The notes under the pieces: generated by a model
What the model saw: only the letters and a program-made list of their open reading frames with translations
What the model was told of the DNA's origin: nothing
Databases searched by the model: none
NCBI GenBank assembly: GCA_965222155.1
Contig: CBDCTH010000012.1
Coordinates: 3,080,441 to 3,144,440, forward strand
DNA length: 64,000 nucleotides
DNA from: Gammaproteobacteria bacterium
Lineage (GTDB): Bacteria; Pseudomonadota; Gammaproteobacteria; Eutrophobiales; Eutrophobiaceae
Reading direction: 5' to 3'
Shown: positions 8,673 through 17,861 of the stretch, piece after piece
Numbering within the stretch: the stretch's first letter is position 1
How the letters are laid out: every line of letters starts with the position of its first letter
Program-made: the position numbers and the translations under genes

Positions 8673-10349
8673 ATGGCTGCTTCCATGCCGTTATTCCGGC
8701 AAAGCCTCACCGGATTTACTCTCCCTCCTCCCTGGGTGGCCCTGACCATCCTGGTGGCCGGGGTGCTGTTGCTGCCCGTCATCGTCGTAGCAGCGTCGGT
8801 TTTTCTGTCCAGCGGCGACGTGTGGCAACACCTCTATGCCACGGTTCTTGGGGAGTACATCGTCAATTCGCTGCTGCTGGTGGCCGGGGTGGGCTGCCTG
8901 GCCCTGCCCCTGGGCGTGATCCCTGCCTGGCTGGTGACCTTGTACCGGTTCCCCTGCAGCCGCCAACTGGAGTGGGCTCTGCTGCTCCCCCTGGCCATGC
9001 CCGCGTACATCATCGCCTACACCTACACCGGCCTGCTGGACGTGGCCGGCCCGTTGCAGTCCTGGTTGCGCGAGGCATTTGCCTGGGGCTACGGTGATTA
9101 CTGGTTTCCCGACATCCGCTCCCTGCCCGGCGCGGTCCTGATGCTGTCCCTGGTGCTGTACCCCTATATCTACCTGCTGGCCCGGACCGCTTTCCTGGAA
9201 CAGTCCGCCTGCGTCGTCGAGGTCGCCCGGACCCTGGGTGTCCGGCCGGCAAGGGTGTTCTTCAAGGTGGTGTTGCCGCTGGCGCGTCCGGCGATCATTG
9301 TCGGACTGTCCCTGGTGATGATGGAGACCCTGGCGGATTACGGCACCGTGCAATACTTCGGCGTGGCGACATTTACCACCGGCATCTTCAAGACCTGGTT
9401 CGGACTGGGCAGCAGCATCGCTGCCGCCCAACTGTCCGCGCTGCTGCTGTTCTTCGTGCTGTTCCTGATCATCCTGGAACAGCGCTCGCGCCGCCAGTCC
9501 CGCTATCATCACACCAGCACCCGTTACGGTCGCCTGGAACAGAGCAAACTGCACAACCGGCGCGGTTTGACGGCCCTGGTCGTGTGTGCGCTGCCGGTAT
9601 TGTTCGGATTTGTCATCCCGGCCTGCCAGTTGCTGTCATGGGGCATGCAAACCTGGCGCGCGTCCCTGGACGCCGGGTTTTTCGGCCTGGTAGGGAACAG
9701 CATCAAACTGGCCCTGATCACCGCCTTGCTTGCGACGATCCTGGCGCTGGCAATCAGTTATGCCCGGCGCCTGCAACCCGGCATAATGGCGAACTCGCTC
9801 AACCGCCTGTTGGGTATGGGTTATGCCGTCCCGGGTACCGTGATTGCGGTAGGCGTACTGCTTCCCTTCATCTGGCTGGACCGCCACCTGAGCTACTGGC
9901 TCGGTTTGCTGTCCGGCGCCGACCCCGGTCTGCTGTTGAGTGGCTCCATCGTCATCCTGGTTTTTGCCTACCTGGTGCGCTTCCTGGCGCTGTCCCTGAA
10001 TACGGTGGACGTCGGCCTGGCAAAGATCAAGCCATCGATGGACGAGGCGGGAAGGAGTCTGGGCGTCAGCGGCTTCAGGTTGTTGCGCCGGGTCCATGTC
10101 CCCGTCCTGCGCGGCACTATGCTCACTGCCATGCTGCTGGTGTTTGTCGACGTCCTGAAAGAACTGCCGGCGACACTGATATTGCGGCCGTTCAATTTCA
10201 ACACGCTGGCGATCCGCACCTACGAGCTGGCCAACGAAGAGAGGCTGGCCGCCGCCGCGTTCCCGGCCCTGGCGATCGTGCTGGCGGGCATCATTCCCGT
10301 TATCATACTCAGCCGGGCCATTACACAATCACGTTCCGCTTATGCTTGA
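8673..10349 (+). CDS. Iron ABC transporter permease (two fused permease domains, FbpB-like)
   Basis: 558-aa polytopic membrane protein lying between the binding-protein and ATPase genes. Confidence 0.85.
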   Translation: MAASMPLFRQSLTGFTLPPPWVALTILVAGVLLLPVIVVAASVFLSSGDVWQHLYATVLGEYIVNSLLLVAGVGCLALPLGVIPAWLVTLYRFPCSRQLEWALLLPLAMPAYIIAYTYTGLLDVAGPLQSWLREAFAWGYGDYWFPDIRSLPGAVLMLSLVLYPYIYLLARTAFLEQSACVVEVARTLGVRPARVFFKVVLPLARPAIIVGLSLVMMETLADYGTVQYFGVATFTTGIFKTWFGLGSSIAAAQLSALLLFFVLFLIILEQRSRRQSRYHHTSTRYGRLEQSKLHNRRGLTALVVCALPVLFGFVIPACQLLSWGMQTWRASLDAGFFGLVGNSIKLALITALLATILALAISYARRLQPGIMANSLNRLLGMGYAVPGTVIAVGVLLPFIWLDRHLSYWLGLLSGADPGLLLSGSIVILVFAYLVRFLALSLNTVDVGLAKIKPSMDEAGRSLGVSGFRLLRRVHVPVLRGTMLTAMLLVFVDVLKELPATLILRPFNFNTLAIRTYELANEERLAAAAFPALAIVLAGIIPVIILSRAITQSRSAYA

Positions 10350-11373
10350 AATCAAAAACCTGGCCATCCTGTTCGATGGCAAAACCATCATTTCGGACAT
10401 ATCTTTAAGTCTGGAGCAAGGCAGGATCGGTTGCCTGCTGGGCCCCAGTGGCTGCGGCAAGACCACCTTGTTACGCACCATAGCCGGGTTTGAGCAACCC
10501 CGGCGCGGCGAGGTCCGGGTTAACGGCCGCTGTTTCAGCAGTCCCTCATCACTGCTCCCCGTGGAGCAGAGAGGCGTGGGCATGGTGTTCCAGGACTTCG
10601 CCCTGTTTCCGCACCTGGCAGTGCGCGACAATATCGCCTTCGGTCTGCAGGAGCAGGCAGGGGAAGCGCGCCGGGCCCGGGTAGACGAAGTGGTGCAGGC
10701 GCTTGAGATCGCCGATTTCCAGCACAAGTATCCCCACCAGTTGTCAGGAGGCCAGCAACAACGGGTCGCTATTGCCAGGGCGCTGGCGCCGCGTCCCGAC
10801 ATGTTGCTGCTGGACGAACCCTTCTCCAACATGGACATAGAGCTGAGGGAACAGATCGCCCGGGAACTGCGCATGATCCTCAAACAGGACGGCATGACGA
10901 CGATCCTGGTGACCCATAACCAGCTCGAAGCGTTTGCCATGGCGGACGAAATCGGCGTCATCCGGGACGGCGTACTGCTGCAATGGGACAATGCATTCAA
11001 CCTGTATCACCGGCCCGCCGGCCCGGACGTTGCTGATTTCATCGGGGAAGGCGTCTTCCTGGACGGCACCGTGCTCAGCACGACGGAGGTGGCGACCGAA
11101 CTTGGCGTGTTGAGCGGTTCCGTCCCCCACGACATGGCGCCGCCGGCGCAGGTATCCTTGCTGGTGCGTCCGGACGATATCATCCACGACGACAACAGCA
11201 AACAGACCGCAACGGTACAAGACAAGGTCTTTCGCGGCGCCGAGTTTCTCTACACCCTGACCCTTCCCAGCGGCGCCCGGATATTGAGCCTGGTCCCCAG
11301 CCACCACGACCACGCCATTGGAGAAAAAATAGGCATCCGCCCGGAAATCGACCACCTGGTGGTGTTTGAGTGA
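10342..11373 (+). CDS. Iron ABC transporter ATP-binding protein (FbpC-like)
   Basis: Walker A GPSGCGKTT, signature LSGGQQQRVAIARAL, Walker B LLLDEPFS. Overlaps the permease gene by 8 nt. Confidence 0.9.
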   Translation: MLEIKNLAILFDGKTIISDISLSLEQGRIGCLLGPSGCGKTTLLRTIAGFEQPRRGEVRVNGRCFSSPSSLLPVEQRGVGMVFQDFALFPHLAVRDNIAFGLQEQAGEARRARVDEVVQALEIADFQHKYPHQLSGGQQQRVAIARALAPRPDMLLLDEPFSNMDIELREQIARELRMILKQDGMTTILVTHNQLEAFAMADEIGVIRDGVLLQWDNAFNLYHRPAGPDVADFIGEGVFLDGTVLSTTEVATELGVLSGSVPHDMAPPAQVSLLVRPDDIIHDDNSKQTATVQDKVFRGAEFLYTLTLPSGARILSLVPSHHDHAIGEKIGIRPEIDHLVVFE

Positions 11374-11394
11374 CAAAGTCTGGTGGTTGATATC

Positions 11395-11463
11395 TTAAGC
11401 TAATCCAAATGTGATGATAGTGTATTCGTAGCTTTCAGCAAGATCAGTGGTCGCTTTGGATGA
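11395..11463 (-). pseudogene. Vestigial ParE/RelE-type toxin N-terminus (22 codons, no start codon)
   Basis: The frame reads SSKATTDLAESYEYTIITFGLA-stop, directly downstream of the ParD-like ORF. It resembles ParE N-termini (LSxxAxxDLxxIxxY...). Confidence 0.35.
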
Positions 11464-11467
11464 TAGA

Positions 11468-11644
11468 CTATAGGCGGCCATCGACTCCAAGTCGAGCTTC
11501 GATTTCCTCCATGATGTCACTGACTGTCTTATTGCTCACACCGCTATTCATGCCTTCCTGAATTGCGGCTTTGAGCGCCAGAAACCTGGAGTTATGCTTG
11601 TGGAGCGCGGTTTTGACAGTAGTTTGTTTACCTGCTTTTTTCAT
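11468..11644 (-). CDS. ParD-family antitoxin-like small ORF (58 aa, probably N-terminally truncated)
   Basis: My own translation: MKKAGKQTTVKTALHKHNSRFLALKAAIQEGMNSGVSNKTVSDIMEEIEARLGVDGRL. The ...LKAAIQEGxxSG... part matches the C-terminal half of ParD. Below the 60-aa track cutoff. Confidence 0.5.
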   Translation of the reverse strand: MKKAGKQTTVKTALHKHNSRFLALKAAIQEGMNSGVSNKTVSDIMEEIEARLGVDGRL

Positions 11645-11702
11645 AGAGTATCCTTATTTGACGTTTCAACCTGTTGATTTTTCGCCGGATTCTCCAGCGC
11701 TA

Positions 11703-12428
11703 TCAGTAAGGCGGTTCAGCCGGTCCGTCGTAGCCACAGACGCCTGTGCGCGGGGAGTTGAAGATACCCATCAGGCCACCGTATTCGTCGTGTTCACTAT
11801 GGGCTGCGGCGTCATCGCCGCAGACGAAGCCTTGCTCAACTTCGTCGTCGCTGTCGTAGCAGTCATGACATATCCACTGCGCGGGTTTGCTGCAAACATT
11901 GCATGGGGGTGGCTCGAAATTGTTACGCGCCATCAACGCAACAGCGTTTCCGGTTGTTGGCCCTCCGGTACGTTGTCCGACTACTTTGAGCGTTAACTCG
12001 GTAGTTGAACCAAAGTCATATTCGTAGTCAATCTCCAGGCCGGCCTTCAAGACCCGCTCTAGCTTGACATCCATTGACTTTTTGTCTTCTCCATAGTCAA
12101 ACAGTTTGGGGGTAATCTGTGTGTAACGCCGTCCCCGGATGGTGAAATCGCTCATATGACCACAACATTCGAGCCAAATCCAGCGCAAATAGTCGTCCAG
12201 GTCCGTTAATGTTGCGCGCCCACGTACTTCAAGTTGCAGCCAGTATCCCAGGTCGTACGCGTCCTGCACTTGAAGGTGATACTGCTTTTCGCGGCGCCCT
12301 CGTTCATTGGCCTGGCGTATTTTGTTCTGCCGTTGCGCGCAACTCTGCAAATGCCTGACCATGCGGCTTCGGGTTATCTCATTGTGACAATAATTGCAAA
12401 CGCCTTTGGTCTGTCTGCTACGCGCCAT
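11703..12428 (-). CDS. pRiA4b ORF-3-like (PRiA4_ORF3 / MM3350-like) domain protein with Cys-rich ends
   Basis: YHLQVQDAY..WLQLEVRGRATLTDLDDYLRWIWLECCGHMSDFTI resembles the PRiA4_ORF3 core. It is flanked by CNYCHNE...HLQSC and CNVCSKPAQWICHDC motifs. Confidence 0.65.
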   Translation of the reverse strand: MARSRQTKGVCNYCHNEITRSRMVRHLQSCAQRQNKIRQANERGRREKQYHLQVQDAYDLGYWLQLEVRGRATLTDLDDYLRWIWLECCGHMSDFTIRGRRYTQITPKLFDYGEDKKSMDVKLERVLKAGLEIDYEYDFGSTTELTLKVVGQRTGGPTTGNAVALMARNNFEPPPCNVCSKPAQWICHDCYDSDDEVEQGFVCGDDAAAHSEHDEYGGLMGIFNSPRTGVCGYDGPAEPPY

Positions 12429-12567
12429 ATATTCAGTTAAGCTGAACTGTGGTTATTTCCTGGTTAGTTTACAGATCATACGTCATACCCAGCAAATGAA
12501 GAAGCACTGTATTGCATCGATCTCAAAGAGATAAATCAGAGCTATGTAAGGTGTTACAGTTTCCCAA

Positions 12568-13356
12568 TCATGGCGATGAAATTCCGTTTTCGCTTATGTG
12601 TCCTACGCAAGGCGTCCAGGTAACTTCCGGCAGCCGCTCAAAGATAACATGCATGTGGCCATCGGAATCATCCATGCTTGGCATCGCCTCTTCTGCCTTA
12701 CGTAGGGCAAACTCGGTTAACTGAATGACCGCCTCGGCCTGGCCGTTCCTGAGTAGTGTTTCAACGGAATCGACGGCGGTCTCAACAGTTTTGGCATAAC
12801 CATAAGCAGCCTGATAATCGATGAAATATCCGGGAAGTATTGTCTCTTCGAGCGCCTTCTGCACGACTGAGATATTCGTATCTCCCCCAATATCGCGGGC
12901 GACCTTCAGTTGCAGTTGCCTGTACAGGCTTTGATCGTCCATTGCCTGTTCGACCAGCAGCTCAGCAAGCGTGGCGACGTCCTGTTTTTGTAACCAGGCA
13001 TGAATATCTTCTGCGCTAATTTCCTTGCGGGCTTTTTTCCGGGGAGGTCTCCGAGTGGATTTGTTATCGCCGGCAGCTTCAGTTCCGGTTTGCTCCAACA
13101 GCGCCAGCCCTACCGCCACGCAATGTTTGCAGAATACATAGTCCAGGCCATCTGGGCAACTGCATCCATAATCCAGTTCTCCGTTCTTTTCCCACAAATT
13201 CACCTGGTAATCCTGAGTGCCTGTCACTGTAGCGCTGATCCTTTCCCGGTATTTACGCAGGCTGGCTACCGCGCCGCCATGATAATATTCCTGGCCCCGC
13301 TGAAACCTGAGACTGTCTGTCAGGGAGCGCAAACGTTTTTCAGTAATCATGCTCAT
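12568..13356 (-). CDS. SWIM zinc-finger protein (possibly C-terminally truncated)
   Basis: SWIM signature CSCPDGLDYVFCKHCVAVGLAL, preceded by RGQEYYHGGAV... as in COG4279-type proteins. Confidence 0.7.
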   Translation of the reverse strand: MSMITEKRLRSLTDSLRFQRGQEYYHGGAVASLRKYRERISATVTGTQDYQVNLWEKNGELDYGCSCPDGLDYVFCKHCVAVGLALLEQTGTEAAGDNKSTRRPPRKKARKEISAEDIHAWLQKQDVATLAELLVEQAMDDQSLYRQLQLKVARDIGGDTNISVVQKALEETILPGYFIDYQAAYGYAKTVETAVDSVETLLRNGQAEAVIQLTEFALRKAEEAMPSMDDSDGHMHVIFERLPEVTWTPCVGHISENGISSP

Positions 13357-13695
13357 GGATATTCAAAGGATAACATCAGAGTGAATCATAAACTGCTCTG
13401 TAGCATTATCAAATCATCATCCAGGCCATGACGCAAGACGTCTCACTATCTATTTCCAGTTGCAGCTCCGTTGCTCGCGTTTTTCGGTACGGCCTTTCGC
13501 AATGCCTTATCAGATGAGATTTGAGGACTGAAGAAGGTGATGATTTCTTTCATTGATCTATCGGCCAATCAGGTATATTCGCAGCGTTTTCATATATGTT
13601 ATTTTCTGACACTGCCTGGAAGTTGGATAAAAGAAGAAAACATCCACCTGAACTTCTTTATAATATCAAAATTCAGAGGGTTGCCCCTTGCATTC

Positions 13696-14061
13696 ATGAT
13701 GAAAGAAAAAAAAGTGACCGGGATTACCCGGATTATCAAAGCCACGATATATTCCTACCGGGGACTGGTAACCTGTTTTAAAACCGAGGCCGCGTTTCGG
13801 CAGGAACTGGCCCTGGCGCTGGTGTTGGTGCCGCTTGGCCTGTGGCTGGGTAATTCCGGGATAGAGCGGGCATTGCTCGCAGGCAGTATCCTGCTGGTTC
13901 TGATAGTCGAATTATTGAATACCGGTGTCGAATACGTCGTTGATCGATTCGGGGGTGAAATTCACGAATTATCCGGCAAGGCAAAGGACATCGCATCCGC
14001 AGCAGTGTTTCTTGCCTTGTGCAACGTTGCCGTCGTGTGGGCCCTGGTCCTGTTTTTTTAA
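13696..14061 (+). CDS. dgkA: Diacylglycerol kinase
   Basis: 121 aa: TGITRIIKATIYSYRGLVTCFKTEAAFRQE...ELLNTGVEYVVDR...AKDIASAAV. Start taken at the internal atg 13696. Confidence 0.88.
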   Translation: MMKEKKVTGITRIIKATIYSYRGLVTCFKTEAAFRQELALALVLVPLGLWLGNSGIERALLAGSILLVLIVELLNTGVEYVVDRFGGEIHELSGKAKDIASAAVFLALCNVAVVWALVLFF

Positions 14062-14216
14062 TCTCGACCTGGTTCACACATTAAGACGAAGTTCAGCCAT
14101 TATGCTGTTTTACATCACTGAGTAAAATTACTCAATGATGTAAATAAAAATGCATTTAACCTGTTTTTCCAATCAGTTACACACACCTGACAGAAGATCT
14201 TTATTGAGGTATCCCC

Positions 14217-14705
14217 ATGAAACTAGCTGGCTCATGCCATTGCGGCGCAGTGAAGTTCAGCGTTAATTCCCCCCATCCGTATCCGTTCAATTTTTGCTAT
14301 TGCTGCATCTGCCGGAAGACGGCGGGAGGTGGTGGCTATGCTATCAATCTCGGCGCCGAGTTTGCGACGCTGGAGGTCAGCGGACGGGAAAATATCTCGG
14401 TGTATCGTGCCAGGATGAAAGATGAGGAGTCGGGAGAGTTCACGGAAAGCCCCGGCGAGCGTTCATTCTGCAGGACCTGTGCCAGTGCCCTGTGGGTGTG
14501 GGACCCGCGCTGGCCGCACCTGGTGCATCCGTTCGTATCGGTCGTCGACAGTGAATTGCCTGTTGCCCCAGAGCGTACCCACCTCATGCTGGACAGCAAG
14601 GTAGATTGGGTACAGGCAGACATCAGGGCTAACGACAAGACCTTCCCGCACTACCCGGAAGAGTCCCTGGCGGAGTGGCATGAACGCCTGGGCCTGGTGT
14701 GTTGA
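14217..14705 (+). CDS. GFA / CENP-V family Cys-rich protein
   Basis: GSCHCGAVKFSV...CYCCICRK...CRTCASALW is the typical GFA zinc-site pattern. Confidence 0.8.
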   Translation: MKLAGSCHCGAVKFSVNSPHPYPFNFCYCCICRKTAGGGGYAINLGAEFATLEVSGRENISVYRARMKDEESGEFTESPGERSFCRTCASALWVWDPRWPHLVHPFVSVVDSELPVAPERTHLMLDSKVDWVQADIRANDKTFPHYPEESLAEWHERLGLVC

Positions 14706-14715
14706 GAAATGGGGC

Positions 14716-15882
14716 CTACAGCTTTAATTCGCCGAAATAAACCTCGATATTGTCCTTGGTGAACACCAGGCGCACCCGGGTCTTTGCCTGGTTTACGCGC
14801 TGCCCATCGACCACCTTCGGTTTGAAGCGCCAATTAGGGGCGACGTCCAGGGTGACCTGGTCAAACACTCGCCCCGGTTTTGATTCGATGATCCTGGTAT
14901 CTAACACGCGCCCTTCCATTGTGACCGTAAATTCCACCAGGGCCCAGCCGGCCGGCCTGGTTCCGTCCTGAAAAACCGGATATTTAGGCTGCATCACGTA
15001 TAAGGGTACGGCCGGTCCGTCCTTGTCGGGGGTATAGCGGATGACCTTGTCGGCATGGCCGGCAAATTTATCATCGCGCAGGGCGACGTATAATTTCGCC
15101 AGGCGGGAATGGTTTGCCAGCACTATGGGATCATCTTCGAGCAGGTTGTCCTCGTAGATGCGCAGCGCTTCCATATATCTCTGTTCCGCTTTGTCAAATT
15201 CCTGGCGGGTCAGGTCGACATCTCCAAGCAGGGAAATAACGTCCGCCGAACGCACGTTGTCCTTACCGAAATTCTCGTCATAAATAGCCAGGGCCTCGCG
15301 ATAGGCCGCCTCGCCTTCATCCACGTTTTGCTCGGCGATATGAATTGCCGCCTCCTGAACCAGGACATTGGCGATGCCCGCCGATCTGTCACCGGATTGT
15401 TTGCTGATGATGGAGATGATCGTATCCAGTTCCCCCCGCGCCTTTTCCAGTTCCTGCTTGCTGACATAGATTTTGGCCTGGTCTTCATGCACGGTAATCA
15501 GGTCCACATGGTCGGGCCCGTGCTGCTTGATTATCTCGGCTTTTGCCTGCAACAGGATGGGTTCGGCCTCCTCCATTTCCCCGATCGCGATAAGGATGTG
15601 GGCCAGGTTAACCTGCAGGACGGGAATTTTTTCATGGTCGGCGCCCAATTCCTTGAGCGCCAGGTCCAGCACCTTGCGCGCAAGCTCGGCGGCGCGGGCA
15701 TAATTCCGTTGCGCATACGCGGCGTTATAGGCACGGTAGGTCTTGGTAAATTCTTTGGAGACCTGGATCTCTTCCTGTGCCGCCGAGGGTTGGCAACAGA
15801 GCAACAGGAAGGCGCAGATCGCTGTTAACCCGCATATCTCACCAATCCGCTTATTGCCAGAGAAAACGTTCATCGTTGTCAA
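14716..15882 (-). CDS. TPR-repeat protein with a TonB C-terminal-like domain
   Basis: Signal/anchor at the N-terminus, multiple TPR-like repeats (Y..A...Y), and a C-terminal PKYPVF...GWALVEFTVTMEGRV.D..I..S.P...FD......RFKP segment resembling TonB_C. Confidence 0.7.
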   Translation of the reverse strand: MTTMNVFSGNKRIGEICGLTAICAFLLLCCQPSAAQEEIQVSKEFTKTYRAYNAAYAQRNYARAAELARKVLDLALKELGADHEKIPVLQVNLAHILIAIGEMEEAEPILLQAKAEIIKQHGPDHVDLITVHEDQAKIYVSKQELEKARGELDTIISIISKQSGDRSAGIANVLVQEAAIHIAEQNVDEGEAAYREALAIYDENFGKDNVRSADVISLLGDVDLTRQEFDKAEQRYMEALRIYEDNLLEDDPIVLANHSRLAKLYVALRDDKFAGHADKVIRYTPDKDGPAVPLYVMQPKYPVFQDGTRPAGWALVEFTVTMEGRVLDTRIIESKPGRVFDQVTLDVAPNWRFKPKVVDGQRVNQAKTRVRLVFTKDNIEVYFGELKL

Positions 15883-16007
15883 TAGGGTATCTCGGTTTAT
15901 GTCACTTTGCCATTATCACAGACTGCGCTTGATGCGTTCATTGCGCACATCCATGTACGCAACCCTGCGGGCGGCTGTTGCCGTGCAAATCGGCTATCCT
16001 GCCGATT

Positions 16008-16166
16008 TGTCTCGCTTGTCTTTTTCCCGCCAGCGGGCACGTGCTCCCTCAACCAGAGAGACGACTATGCTTTCGGTCCCCGTATCAAGTACGGGGCAGG
16101 CTCCGGCACCCGCCGGCGGGAAAAATCCTGCGCAATCATCGCATCAATTGGCGAGATATACGGGTT
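16008..16166 (+). repeat. ~155-bp dispersed structured repeat, copy 1 (variant, preceded by an extra repeat module at 15950-16007)
   Basis: Shares ...cttgtcttttt..gggcacgtgctccctcaaccaga...ctatgctttcggtc...aaaaatcctgcgcaatcatcgcatc... with the copies at 20356-20510 and 41043-41196. Confidence 0.85.
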
Positions 16167-16264
16167 AAGATGGAACGCATTTTCTGTCCTGATTAATCAA
16201 TAGTAATAACCTGTTTCGCATATCCGTGATTATACGGGGTTTTCTACCCACACTGCTCAAAAAA

Positions 16265-17005
16265 CTATCTGCACACCGGGCATTCGGGATCTTTCGGCAG
16301 AATGGCGCTATGCCATTCCATCGCCATCACGTCTATCAGCAACAGCCGCCCCTGCAAGGTGTCGCCGAGGTCCATGATCAGTTTCATGGCTTCCGTCGCC
16401 TGAATGCTCCCGACGATACCCAGTAACGGCGCCAGTACGCCGTTGGCGGTGCAGGTCGCTTCAACTTCCGAGTCTTCCTTATACAGACAACGATAACAGG
16501 GAGAGGTTTCATGGTTCGGATTAAATACGCTGATTTGCGCCTCGAAGCGAATGGCTGCGGCAGAAACCAGGGGTGTACCCGTAGCGACGGATGCCCGGTT
16601 GACGGCGAAGCGGGTGGCGAAGTTATCACTCGCATCAACGATGATGTCCGCTTGCTCCGCATAGTTCTTCAATTCATCTTGCGTCAGCATGCGGTCGATC
16701 AAGGTCAGTTTGACGTCGGGATTCAGCGCCCTCAGGTGGTCTGCCCCGGACTCTACTTTCAGCCGTCCGATATCGGCGGTTTTATAGAGTATCTGGCGCT
16801 GCAGGTTGGACAGGTCTACCCTGTCGAAATCGACCAGGATGATATGTCCCACCCCGCCGGCAGCCAGGTAAATGGAAGCGGAGGAGCCCAGACCCCCGGC
16901 GCCTATCATCAGTACGGTTGCCTGCGCCAGGCGCAACTGCCCTTCCGCATCGATTTCGGGCAGCATGATCTGCCGGCTGTACCTTAACAGTTGTTCGTCG
17001 TTCAT
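16265..17005 (-). CDS. moeB: Molybdopterin-synthase adenylyltransferase (MoeB/ThiF family)
   Basis: MNDEQLLRYSRQIMLPEID..GQ..L...VL.IGAGGLGS motif and C-terminal CYRC...CPVC. Confidence 0.82.
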   Translation of the reverse strand: MNDEQLLRYSRQIMLPEIDAEGQLRLAQATVLMIGAGGLGSSASIYLAAGGVGHIILVDFDRVDLSNLQRQILYKTADIGRLKVESGADHLRALNPDVKLTLIDRMLTQDELKNYAEQADIIVDASDNFATRFAVNRASVATGTPLVSAAAIRFEAQISVFNPNHETSPCYRCLYKEDSEVEATCTANGVLAPLLGIVGSIQATEAMKLIMDLGDTLQGRLLLIDVMAMEWHSAILPKDPECPVCR

Positions 17006-17018
17006 AAGGGCAACCCGT

Positions 17019-17855
17019 TCATGGTCGTATGGCGAGGGTGAACCGCTCACGGCCAGCAAGGTCTTGCCGGGTGGCGATGTCCCGGTAATGGTTGAGCCTG
17101 AATTGCTGCCTGACAAAATTGCCCTGGTCGTGGGCATGCTCAATGATCATGAACCCGCCTGGATTGATATGCCTGAACCCGTTGATAACGATGATACGGA
17201 TACTGGCAGTGCCGTTATGTCCGCCATCCAGGGCGAGGCGCGGTTCGTGGCGGATTTCATCGGCAGGCAATGTGGAACTGGGAAAATCCACGTAGGGGGG
17301 ATTACATAAAATTGCATCAAAGCATCTGTTATCCAGGTTCCCGAACCAGTCCGACTGCCGGAATGATATATTGGCGACCTTGTTTGACGCGGCATTTACC
17401 CGGGCGACGGCCAGCGCGTCCGTGCTCAGGTCAACGGCCGTGACGGCGCAATGTGGGCGGGCGGCAGCCACGGCGACGGCAATCGCACCGCTGCCGGTCC
17501 CCAGGTCGAGGATACTGGCCCGGCTGTTACCGGGGATGAGCTCGAGCGCCGCTTCAACCAGTAATTCCGTCTCCGGCCTGGGTATCAGGGTATGACGGTT
17601 CACCCGGAATGCCATTGAGCGGAATTCCTTTACTCCGGTCAGGTAGGCGACGGGATAACCGGCGCGCCTGCTGTTCAGCAAGCGCTTGAAATCCGCGACT
17701 GAGGATTGCTGCGCCGTCAGTTCCGGATGGGCATACAAGCGGCTCCGGTCTGTCCCGAGAACGGTTGCCAGCAGCACCTCCGCGTCAAGCCGCGGGCTGT
17801 CCGAGGAGCGCAGTTGGTGCGCTGCGAAGCGTAATAATTGTCGCACCGTCAGCAT
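17019..17855 (-). CDS. prmC: Release-factor glutamine methyltransferase
   Basis: DLGTGSGAIAV SAM motif and NPPY catalytic motif. Lies directly downstream of prfA. Confidence 0.9.
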   Translation of the reverse strand: MLTVRQLLRFAAHQLRSSDSPRLDAEVLLATVLGTDRSRLYAHPELTAQQSSVADFKRLLNSRRAGYPVAYLTGVKEFRSMAFRVNRHTLIPRPETELLVEAALELIPGNSRASILDLGTGSGAIAVAVAAARPHCAVTAVDLSTDALAVARVNAASNKVANISFRQSDWFGNLDNRCFDAILCNPPYVDFPSSTLPADEIRHEPRLALDGGHNGTASIRIIVINGFRHINPGGFMIIEHAHDQGNFVRQQFRLNHYRDIATRQDLAGRERFTLAIRP

Positions 17856-17861
17856 CTGCCG

